Below are positions 9,051 to 18,097 of a DNA stretch of 37,637 bases, piece by piece; position 1 is the stretch's first letter, and every line of letters starts with the position of its first letter. Location: the NCBI GenBank assembly GCA_009782315.1, contig WRJH01000003.1:1-37637 (forward strand), in the 5' to 3' direction. Made by a program: the position numbers and the translations under genes. Origin of the DNA: Alphaproteobacteria bacterium (GTDB lineage Bacteria > Pseudomonadota > Alphaproteobacteria > Rs-D84). The notes under the pieces were generated by a model. The model was not told the DNA's origin and searched no databases. It was given only the letters and a program-made list of their open reading frames with translations.

Positions 9051-11579
9051 TCATTCACCAAACAGGGACATTTGTTTTTTTGCGGCCAATTCCGGCTCTT
9101 TAACTTTTTTCACAATAGACGGCTCTTCCGTACCAGGCACAACAACCGGCGGCGGCGCTCTATCTATGCTCTGTTCTCTATGCTCTCTGCTCTCCAGTTG
9201 TTGCAGAATCCGCTCTGCGGATTCTACAACACTGGCTGGCATTCCGGACATTTTTGCGACATGTATTCCGTATGAAGACCCCGCAACCCCCGGCATAATT
9301 TTATGCAAGAATACGATTTCGTTATTGTGTTCCGCAACCTGGACCGTCAGATTTGTAATCGAATTCCGCGTATCCGAAAGCGCGGTCAATTCGTGATAAT
9401 GCGTCGCGAACAGCGTGCGCGGCGCGGCATTGTCGACAAATTCAAGAACGGCCTGGGCGATGGCCATGCCGTCGAACGTTGCGGTTCCGCGACCTATTTC
9501 GTCGAATATGATGAACGATTTTTCGGTCGCGCGGTTTAATATGTTCGCGGTTTCCGTCATTTCCACCATGAAAGTGGACTGTCCCGCGGCCAGATTATCC
9601 GACGCGCCAACGCGGCTGAACAGCTGGTCGCATATTCCAATGCTTGCGGAATTCGCGGGCACGAAAGACCCCAAATGGGCCAAAACGACAATCAGCGCGT
9701 TCTGTCGCAGATATGTGGATTTTCCGGCCATGTTCGGCCCGGTTAAAAGGGCGATGCGTTTTTCATTCAAATCGCAATCGTTTTTTACAAACTGGTCGCC
9801 GCGCCCGCGCAGCATGCATTCGACAACCGGGTGGCGGCCGCCGGTAACGGCGAATTCGCCGCCGTCCGTCATATTCGGCCGGGTCCAGCTATATTCTTCC
9901 GCGGCCAGTGAAAGCGAAAGCCATACGTCGGCATCGGCCAGCAAATCGGCGACATACATCAAATCGTCCGCCGCCGCGCGGATATGTTCGATTAATTTCG
10001 CGATGATTTCCGCCTCTATCGCGGCCGCTTTTTCGGCGGCGCCGCGAACTTCGTTGTCCAATTCGATAAGGCGCGCGGTTGTAAACCGGACGTTTCCGGC
10101 CATCGTCTGGCGGTGGATATAGGTATCCTTTGCATCGAACAAAGCGCCCGCCTTTGCCGCCGGCACTTCGATATGATACCCCAGTATGTTGTTGTATTTG
10201 ATTTTCAAAGTATTGATTCCGGACGCGGCCGCGTATTCGGATTGCAGGGACGCGATGACTTCCTTTGCGCCATGGGCCAGCGAATTCATATTGTCCAGCG
10301 CCGTGTCGTATCCGCCCCGTATGATGCCGCCGTCGCGAAAAAATGCCGGGCATTCGTCCGACAGCGCCAGGCGCAGTTCCGCGGAAAGCCCGTCCATAGT
10401 ATTTATATTTTCGAAACACGCGGACTGATTTGAATCAAGTTTGCGTCCGCATATTTTGAATTCCGGCAATCGCGCGATAAATTCGGCGCATCCTTTCAAA
10501 TCGCGTGGGCACCCGCGCCCGGATAACAGGCGCCCCAGCGCCCGCCCGATATCCGATGTCTTGGATAACAGTGCGCCCAGTTCCGCGGCGACATGACTGT
10601 TTAACAACAGGTGCCCGATGTGTTCCTGGCGGCTGCGGATTTCGGAAATATCGCCCGAAAGTTCGCGCAAGTATGCGCGCAGTTTCCGCGCGCCCGCGGC
10701 GGTTTTCGTCTTGTCCAGAATGTCCAATAATGTGGCGCCGCCGGACTGCATCGGCTCGTCAATTTCCAAGGACCGCCATGTCGCGGCATCGACCAACAGC
10801 CGGGCGCCCGCGCCCAGACGGTACGGCGCGCGGAACGACAATTTCGCGCCCCGCTGGGTCTGTTCCAAATACCCGGCCAGCAAATTGACCGACATATTGA
10901 CGGATGTTTTGTCGATTCCGAATATAGTCCGAACGGTATCCGATATGTTTTCGCGTTCGAAAATCCTGTCGTAAAGCGGCGTCGTGCGAAATGCAGTTCT
11001 TATGCGTTTTATATCCGGCAATTCCGCCGCGCTTTCGGGGTAAATTATTTCGGACGGATTTATACGAACCATTTCGTCGAACAGTCCGTCCGACAGTTCT
11101 CCAACGAAAAATTCGCCCGTGGATATGTCGCATCCGGCGATATGGAATAATGAATTTTCCGGCACGATGGCGACCAGAAAGTTTGATTTTTTCGGGCTTA
11201 ACAGATTTTCATCCGTCAAAGTTCCGGCGGTCAGAACGCGGACGACGCCGCGCTTGATTTGTTTCGCGCCTCTCGCCTTTGCCTCTTCCGGCGATTCCAA
11301 TTGTTCGGCGATGGCGACGTTATACCCTGCGCGCACCAGCCGCCCCAGATAATTTTCCGCCGCATGCCACGGTATTCCGCACATGGGGATTTCACCGCCC
11401 GACGCATCGGTTCCGCGACGGGTCAGGACCAGTTCCAGCGCGCGCGACACGACAACGGCGTCTTCGAAAAAGCATTCGTAAAAATCGCCCAACCGGAACA
11501 ACAGCACGGCCCCCGGACATTCGGATTTAATGTCCAGGTATTGCTGCATAACGGGCGTAAGGGCTGGTTTGATTGGCAT
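9051..11579 (-). CDS. mutS: DNA mismatch repair protein MutS
   Basis: TPVMQQY, FRLGDFYECF, GRHPVVE, TGPNMAGKSTYLRQ, STFMVEM, DEIGRGT, SYGIHVA. Confidence 0.98.
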   Translation of the reverse strand: MPIKPALTPVMQQYLDIKSECPGAVLLFRLGDFYECFFEDAVVVSRALELVLTRRGTDASGGEIPMCGIPWHAAENYLGRLVRAGYNVAIAEQLESPEEAKARGAKQIKRGVVRVLTAGTLTDENLLSPKKSNFLVAIVPENSLFHIAGCDISTGEFFVGELSDGLFDEMVRINPSEIIYPESAAELPDIKRIRTAFRTTPLYDRIFERENISDTVRTIFGIDKTSVNMSVNLLAGYLEQTQRGAKLSFRAPYRLGAGARLLVDAATWRSLEIDEPMQSGGATLLDILDKTKTAAGARKLRAYLRELSGDISEIRSRQEHIGHLLLNSHVAAELGALLSKTSDIGRALGRLLSGRGCPRDLKGCAEFIARLPEFKICGRKLDSNQSACFENINTMDGLSAELRLALSDECPAFFRDGGIIRGGYDTALDNMNSLAHGAKEVIASLQSEYAAASGINTLKIKYNNILGYHIEVPAAKAGALFDAKDTYIHRQTMAGNVRFTTARLIELDNEVRGAAEKAAAIEAEIIAKLIEHIRAAADDLMYVADLLADADVWLSLSLAAEEYSWTRPNMTDGGEFAVTGGRHPVVECMLRGRGDQFVKNDCDLNEKRIALLTGPNMAGKSTYLRQNALIVVLAHLGSFVPANSASIGICDQLFSRVGASDNLAAGQSTFMVEMTETANILNRATEKSFIIFDEIGRGTATFDGMAIAQAVLEFVDNAAPRTLFATHYHELTALSDTRNSITNLTVQVAEHNNEIVFLHKIMPGVAGSSYGIHVAKMSGMPASVVESAERILQQLESREHREQSIDRAPPPVVVPGTEEPSIVKKVKEPELAAKKQMSLFGE
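9157..9193. repeat. Heptamer array (CTATGCT)-like in mutS C-terminus
   Basis: Encodes ESREHREQSIDRA. Confidence 0.85.
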
Positions 11580-11589
11580 TGGAATTTTT

Positions 11590-11817
11590 TTATTTTTCTG
11601 TGTTCAGTTTTTCTATTTTCAATTCCGCCTCTTTCAAGACCTGTTCCAAATAGGCTTTCAGTTTCATACCCTGTTCATATGCCTTTACGGAATCGGCCAG
11701 CGGCAGCGCGCCGGATTCCATCTTTTTGACCAGTTCCGAAAGCTGGCCCAGCGCCTGTTCGAAAGACATTTCGTGGTTGGTGGCTGGTGGCTGGTGGTTC
11801 GTATTTTCTTTTTCCAT
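11590..11817 (-). CDS. xseB: Exodeoxyribonuclease VII small subunit
   Basis: SFEQALGQLSELVKKMESGALPLADSVKAYEQG; start at MEKEN after AAGGAAG. Confidence 0.95.
   Translation of the reverse strand: MEKENTNHQPPATNHEMSFEQALGQLSELVKKMESGALPLADSVKAYEQGMKLKAYLEQVLKEAELKIEKLNTEK
11771..11802. repeat. Heptamer array (TGGTGGC)-like in xseB N-terminus
   Basis: Encodes TNHQPPATNHE. Confidence 0.9.
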
Positions 11818-11893
11818 AAAACTTCCTTTTTGATTTATTAAATATATAAAAATCAAATCGTAAAATCAAATCATTTTTGTTCATTGTGCCGAC

Positions 11894-11952
11894 TGTTTGC
11901 GTTTTCGGGGGTGAAGTGTATTGAAATACATGAATCCCCGAAAACGCAAACA
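11894..11952. repeat. Long intergenic palindrome (17-bp perfect stem plus inner TGTATT/AATACA stem)
   Basis: TGTTTGCGTTTTCGGGG ... CCCCGAAAACGCAAACA. Confidence 0.8.
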
Positions 11953-11972
11953 CCGCGGACCGATGGGAAAAT

Positions 11973-11994
11973 AAAACCGCGCAATTGCGCGGTT
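11973..11994 (-). terminator. Putative mreB terminator
   Basis: Palindrome AACCGCGCAATTGCGCGGTT directly after the stop, short U-tract. Confidence 0.6.
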
Positions 11995-11996
11995 CA

Positions 11997-13235
<1,239 letters not shown>

Positions 13236-13580
13236 TCAACCCAGCGCCGCCTTTGCCTTCGCCAACAGCGACAATGCGGATTCTATGGATTCCGGGTCCG
13301 GCTTTTTTTTGCCCGCCGCGCGCGCTTTGCCTTTACTGTCCGGCAAATTGCCGCCTTCCAGCAGTTTACGCACGCCGGCGATGGTATATCCCTGGTCGTA
13401 CAACAGGCCCTTTATGCTTTCTATTTTGGCGGCGTCTTCATCGCGGTAATACCGGCGACCCCCGGCCCCGGTTACGGGCCGTATGGCGCCATCGAAAGTC
13501 TTTTCCCAGTACCGCAGGGTATGCGCCGGCACGTTGATGCGCTTGGAAAGTTCGTTAATGGAAATAAATGGCTCTGTCAT
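13236..13580 (-). CDS. MerR-family HTH transcriptional regulator
   Basis: SINELSKRINVPAHTLRYWE, GGRRYY, LLYDQGYTIAGV. Confidence 0.93.
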   Translation of the reverse strand: MTEPFISINELSKRINVPAHTLRYWEKTFDGAIRPVTGAGGRRYYRDEDAAKIESIKGLLYDQGYTIAGVRKLLEGGNLPDSKGKARAAGKKKPDPESIESALSLLAKAKAALG

Positions 13581-13584
13581 CTTG

Positions 13585-13612
13585 CAGTTGTTAGTTGTTA
13601 GTTGTCAGTTGT
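13585..13612. repeat. Heptamer array (YAGTTGT)4 containing the gyrA stop
   Basis: cagttgt tagttgt tagttgt cagttgt; encodes QLTTNN*. Confidence 0.9.
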
Positions 13613-16305
13613 TCGCTGTCTTCGTCTTCTTTCTCTATCGCCGTTGCGGAAATGACCTTTTCATCCGCGGCGGTGCGGAACAATGTGACGCCCGCGGTCG
13701 CGCGGCCGGCAATTCGGACATCCGCGATTGGCGTTCTGATAATCTTTCCACCGTCTGTCACCATCATCACGTCGTGGTCGGAATCGATTGGGAAACTGCC
13801 CGCGACGGCGGTGTTTTTCCCGCCCAGTTTTATGTTCGCGAATCCCATTCCGCCGCGATGGGTTATCCGGTATTCATAAGACGATGTGCGCTTTCCGAAT
13901 CCGTTTTCGGAAATGGTCAGTATGAACTGTTCGCGCAGCGCCATTTCGGCCATCTTCGCATCGTCCAGAACGACTGCGTTCGCCGCATTGTCTTCGGCAT
14001 CCGGCGCGCCTTCTTCCTCTTCGATTCCGGTTGCGGCGCGGCGCAGCGCGCGCGATTGTTTTACATATGCGGCGCGAATATCCGGCGTGTCTTCGTTATG
14101 CGACAGCATGGCCATGCCGATAATGCGGTCGTCTTTGGCAAGTTTGATTGCGCGCACGCCCGTCGATGCTCTGGATTGGAACACGCGGATTTCCGTGACG
14201 GGGAATCGTATGCAGCGGCCGCGGTAAGTGGACAGGAAAACGTCTTCGTTTTCGTTGCACAGCGCGACGGAAACAAGGCTTTCGCCCTCTTCCAATTTCA
14301 TTGCGATTTTGCCGTTGGCGCGTATGGATTCGAAATCTTCAAAGGTATTTCTGCGTATTGTTCCCATGGATGTCGCGAACATCAGATGCTGTCCGGCGGC
14401 GTCTTCCGACACCGGCAGTATGGCGGTGATGGTTTCGCCATTATCCAAAGGCAACAAATTGACCAGCGGGCGTCCCTTTGCCGCGGCGGCCGCCTCTGGC
14501 AATTTATATGTTTTAAGGCGATAGCACATGCCCTTGCTGGAAAAGAACATCAACGGAGTATGCGTATTCGCGACAAACACGTTTGTAACGTAATCGTCGT
14601 CTTTGGTCGTCATGGCATTGCGCCCCTTGCCGCCGCGCCGCTGCGCACGGTAAGTGTCCAACGCAACCCGTTTGATATACCCGGTGTTGGTGACAGTGAC
14701 CACCATGTCTTCGCGGGCAATCAGGTCTTCGATGTCCATGTCGATTTCCGCGTCGGAAATCTGGGTGCGGCGCGCGCGGCCGAACTGGTCACGGATTGCC
14801 GATGTTTCGGTGCGTATTATGTCGGATATCTTTTCGTTGCTGCCCAAAATTTCCAAAAGCCCTTTAATCACGGCGCCCAATTCGACCAAATCGCCGTGAA
14901 TCTTGTCGCGTTCCAATCCGGTAAGGCGGTGCAGTTGTAATTCCAATATCGCCTTTGCCTGGTCTTCGGACATATGAAACAGACCGTCTTTGTATTCCGA
15001 ATTCGGATCGTCTATCAGGCGGATATAGGATTCGATGTCGGACGCTTTCCATCCGCGGGCGACCAACGCCTGGCGCGCGGCTTCCGGGTTTTCGCTTCCC
15101 TTGATAAGCGCGATTACTTCGTCCAGATTGCCCACGGCGACGGAAAGTCCCAAAAGGGTGTGCGCGCGGTTGCGGGCCTTGTTCAGTTCGAATATGGTGC
15201 GGCGGCGGATTACCTCGCCTCTGAATTCGATAAATGCGTCCAAAACTTTGCGCACATTGAACAGCATGGGCCGCCCGTTGTTCAGCGCCATCATATTGAC
15301 GGGAAAAGACGACTGCAGCTGGGTATATTGGTACAGCTGGTTTAAGACAACGTCGGGGATGGCATCGCGTTTTAATTCGATGACGACCCGGACTCCGTCG
15401 CGCGATGATTCATCGCGGATTTCGGAAATCCCTTCGACGCGTTTTTCTTTGGACAATTCGACGATTTTGATGACCAGCTGGGATTTGTTTACTTGGTACG
15501 GCAATTCGTCGATGATGATTGCCTGGTTGTCCTTGAATTCTTCAAAATGGGTTTTCGCGCGGACGATAACGGAACCGCGACCCATTGTGTGCGCCTTGAA
15601 AGCGCCGGCGCGTCCCATCATTATGCCGCCGGTCGGGAAATCGGGTCCGGGAATGATTTGGAACAATTCTTCGTCGGAAATGTCGCGCCGGTCCAGGACG
15701 GCCAGCGTTGCATTGCATACTTCGGTCAAATTATACGGCGGAACGTTGGTCGCCATGCCGACGGCGATTCCGGCGCCGCCGTTGACCAGGAAGTTGGGAA
15801 ATTTCGCGGGCAGAACGCGCGGTTCTTGAAAACCGCCGTCATAGTTCGGCATCCAATCGACGGTGTCTTTGTCCAAATCGTCCATCAAATGGGACGCAAG
15901 GCGGGTCAGGCGCGCTTCGGTATAGCGCTGTGCGGCGGGATTGTCGCCGTCCATGGAACCGAAATTTCCCTGGCCGTCGACCAGCATTTCGCCCATGGAA
16001 AAATCCTGGGCCATTCTTGCCATGGCTTCGTATATAGCGCCTTCGCCGTGCGGGTGGTATTTACCCATGACGTCGCCGGATACGCGGGCGGATTTAACGT
16101 GTTTTCCACCGGCCTTTGCAATATCGTTCATAACGTACATGATTCGGCGGTGTACGGGCTTGCATCCGTCGCGCACATCGGGCAGCGCGCGGTCGACGAT
16201 AACGCTCATCGCATAGTCCAGAAACGACGATTGCATTTCGGTTTCGATGGCGGATTGGGGGATTGCGGGGCTTTGAATTTCGTTGTTATTTTGTTCGTCT
16301 GACAT
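13591..16305 (-). CDS. gyrA: DNA gyrase subunit A
   Basis: RALPDVRDG, GKYHPHG, AAQRYTE, GyrA-box QRRGGKG. Confidence 0.98.
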   Translation of the reverse strand: MSDEQNNNEIQSPAIPQSAIETEMQSSFLDYAMSVIVDRALPDVRDGCKPVHRRIMYVMNDIAKAGGKHVKSARVSGDVMGKYHPHGEGAIYEAMARMAQDFSMGEMLVDGQGNFGSMDGDNPAAQRYTEARLTRLASHLMDDLDKDTVDWMPNYDGGFQEPRVLPAKFPNFLVNGGAGIAVGMATNVPPYNLTEVCNATLAVLDRRDISDEELFQIIPGPDFPTGGIMMGRAGAFKAHTMGRGSVIVRAKTHFEEFKDNQAIIIDELPYQVNKSQLVIKIVELSKEKRVEGISEIRDESSRDGVRVVIELKRDAIPDVVLNQLYQYTQLQSSFPVNMMALNNGRPMLFNVRKVLDAFIEFRGEVIRRRTIFELNKARNRAHTLLGLSVAVGNLDEVIALIKGSENPEAARQALVARGWKASDIESYIRLIDDPNSEYKDGLFHMSEDQAKAILELQLHRLTGLERDKIHGDLVELGAVIKGLLEILGSNEKISDIIRTETSAIRDQFGRARRTQISDAEIDMDIEDLIAREDMVVTVTNTGYIKRVALDTYRAQRRGGKGRNAMTTKDDDYVTNVFVANTHTPLMFFSSKGMCYRLKTYKLPEAAAAAKGRPLVNLLPLDNGETITAILPVSEDAAGQHLMFATSMGTIRRNTFEDFESIRANGKIAMKLEEGESLVSVALCNENEDVFLSTYRGRCIRFPVTEIRVFQSRASTGVRAIKLAKDDRIIGMAMLSHNEDTPDIRAAYVKQSRALRRAATGIEEEEGAPDAEDNAANAVVLDDAKMAEMALREQFILTISENGFGKRTSSYEYRITHRGGMGFANIKLGGKNTAVAGSFPIDSDHDVMMVTDGGKIIRTPIADVRIAGRATAGVTLFRTAADEKVISATAIEKEDEDSEQLTTNN

Positions 16306-16323
16306 AATTTTTCCTGTTGATTT

Positions 16324-16418
16324 TGTGGCTGGTGGCTTGTGCTGGTGACTTGTATTTTTGGAATTGTTTCAACAAAAAACCAACCCCACGAATCACCAGC
16401 ACGAACCACCAACCACGA
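16324..16418. repeat. Inverted pair of degenerate TGGTGGC / GCCACCA-type arrays upstream of gyrA
   Basis: Arms 16324-16353 and 16386-16418. Confidence 0.82.
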
Positions 16419-16560
16419 CCTGTTTTTCGCCCTGAAAATATAGCAAAAAACGCCCCCAAAGGTCAAGGAAATCATGCATGTTTTTTGCAGGTTCAGGCTA
16501 TGAAAAATATATTGACAAACGTATATATTTACTTAACAATAAGGGCTCAAGGAATATAAC

Positions 16561-16668
16561 ATGTTCTGGTCCATATGGGGTCTTTTTGCGCAAATCATAG
16601 CCGCACTGATGGTGTACGGCATTGCCAATTATTTTATCCAATTGGCGTTCGGCGTTAAAAGCAAATAA
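16561..16668 (+). CDS. Small hydrophobic protein (35 aa)
   Basis: MFWSIWGLFAQIIAALMVYGIANYFIQLAFGVKSK*; AAGGA RBS; TTGACA at 16512. Confidence 0.6.
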   Translation: MFWSIWGLFAQIIAALMVYGIANYFIQLAFGVKSK

Positions 16669-16730
16669 AAACTTGCAAACGGCGGATTCTTGTGATTAAA
16701 TGGCCGGACAAAGAGTAAAGGTATAATACT

Positions 16731-16883
16731 ATGGCAACAAAAAGAACCTATCAGCCGTCGAATTGCCGCCGCGTAAAAACGCACGGGTTTCGCGAAAAGA
16801 TGGCCACAAAATCCGGCCGCGACGTTTTGAACCGTCGCCGCGCGACCGGGCGCAAGCGCCTGGCCGTTTCCGCCGCAAGATAA
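16731..16883 (+). CDS. rpmH: 50S ribosomal protein L34 (absent from the ORF track)
   Basis: [50 protein letters not shown]. Confidence 0.97.
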   Translation: MATKRTYQPSNCRRVKTHGFREKMATKSGRDVLNRRRATGRKRLAVSAAR

Positions 16884-16910
16884 AAACGCCGCTTTCGCGG
16901 CGTTTTTTTT
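16882..16910. terminator. Bidirectional intrinsic terminator
   Basis: AAAAACGCCGC-TTTC-GCGGCGTTTTTTT. Confidence 0.9.
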
Positions 16911-17097
16911 ACATGTACAATCGCATTACATACAAATGGGGCAGTTTTTTCGGAATATATTTTCCGGATTCAAAATCCCGATATTCGGCCAATTTAATTC
17001 TTAACCATTTGGCCATCTGTTCTTCTGATAATCTGGCGGACATGCGAATTTGTCGCACCCTGTCCCCGATTACGTTTGGGTAACTTTTGCCTTTCAT
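16909..17097 (-). CDS. Small XRE-family HTH protein
   Basis: IGDRVRQIRMSARLSEEQMAKWL...DFESGKYIP; GGAGAGAG RBS. Confidence 0.8.
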   Translation of the reverse strand: MKGKSYPNVIGDRVRQIRMSARLSEEQMAKWLRIKLAEYRDFESGKYIPKKLPHLYVMRLYM

Positions 17098-17114
17098 CTC
17101 TCTCTCCGTTTAGA

Positions 17115-17294
17115 TAAAAAAATACCGCCGTGACGAAGAGCGGTTGGGAGTTAAAAGCTATACAGGTATAGTACGCATATTCGGCGGCAAGCCGCCTTAT
17201 TTTGCGTCTCCCAACCTGGTTGGGAGTTTTTATACTGATGACTATCAGCAACCTGCGAGACTTTTAACTCTCACCCTGGGTGTCACCCAAGGCA
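17115..17294 (-). ncRNA. Structured leader RNA (c4/CI-like architecture), copy 1
   Basis: Pairings GTTAAAAG/CTTTTAAC, CAGGT/ACCTG, GGTTGGGAG/CTCCCAACC; promoter TTGCAT-N16-TATAAT at 17327-17300. Confidence 0.55.
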
Positions 17295-17330
17295 TAACCA
17301 TTATACAATGTAATCATGGAAATGCAAAAC

Positions 17331-17361
17331 AAAAAACGCGCCCAAACGGGTGCGTTTTTTT
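17331..17361. terminator. Intrinsic terminator after thioesterase
   Basis: AAAAAACGCGCCC-AAAC-GGGTGCGTTTTTTT. Confidence 0.8.
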
Positions 17362-17377
17362 ATGTCTTATGCCTTAT
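17360..17377. repeat. Short TTATGCC-type array containing the thioesterase stop
   Basis: ttatgtc ttatgcc ttat (only about 2.5 units). Confidence 0.55.
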
Positions 17378-18096
17378 ATTGTGCCCCACTCGCAAATCAC
17401 ATTCGCGTGTTCTATTTCGTTTTTAATCATGTGCCTGCTGGTCATTCCGTCAATGCGCGATTCCACGTTGATGTTACGCATATCCGCCGGAATTTCCTTT
17501 TTGAAATTGATGTCGATCCGGCGCAGCTTGTGGCCGTTTCGGAATTCGAATCCCAAAGATTCCGCCGCCCATGTGGCGTATACCGCGTTGTTTATATGCT
17601 GATTCAAATCGACATCGTCAAAACGGGGATACGCAACCCAGGTGGTATCCGCATCGAATTCCGGAAATTTTTCAAACGGCCGGTCGATGACATGTTCGTC
17701 CACTGTCCCCCAACCCGCCAATACTTCGTCGATACGCACCGGCCGGCGGGTGTCCATGTCTATCATGACCCATTGGCTGGTCGCGCGAACCATGATGTTG
17801 CCAGACATGTCTTTGATTTCGAAATCGCGCGCCGCGCGCAGCGCGTCCGCCGCGGACGGCCAAGTGTATATTTCGATTTCCTGGTTTTCGCCCGGCATTT
17901 TGATTATGTCGACCAAGTAATGAGTAACAACCCACGCGCGGCCGGTATCACGGCACCATGTCCGTCCGCGTCCCAAAAGTTCAGCGTGAATATCCGCGAC
18001 TTCCTGTAATTCGTTCATCAGCATGACCGGCCGCAACAGCCCGTGCCGGTCCATTTTATAAGTTTTCAAAACCTTTTTTTCAACGTGCTTTTGCAT
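17374..18096 (-). CDS. Acyl-ACP thioesterase (FatA/B-like double hotdog)
   Basis: LQEVADIHA, IYTWP, ATSQWVMIDMDTRRP, DVDLNQHINNAVY. Confidence 0.93.
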   Translation of the reverse strand: MQKHVEKKVLKTYKMDRHGLLRPVMLMNELQEVADIHAELLGRGRTWCRDTGRAWVVTHYLVDIIKMPGENQEIEIYTWPSAADALRAARDFEIKDMSGNIMVRATSQWVMIDMDTRRPVRIDEVLAGWGTVDEHVIDRPFEKFPEFDADTTWVAYPRFDDVDLNQHINNAVYATWAAESLGFEFRNGHKLRRIDINFKKEIPADMRNINVESRIDGMTSRHMIKNEIEHANVICEWGTI

Positions 18097-18097
18097 T

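Noticed and set aside
13483-14940. Long antisense ORFs (also 18479-19792, 22493-23416, 29121-30215, 5687-6637)
   Set aside because: Shadows of well-supported genes on the opposite strand in GC-rich coding DNA; no recognisable motifs
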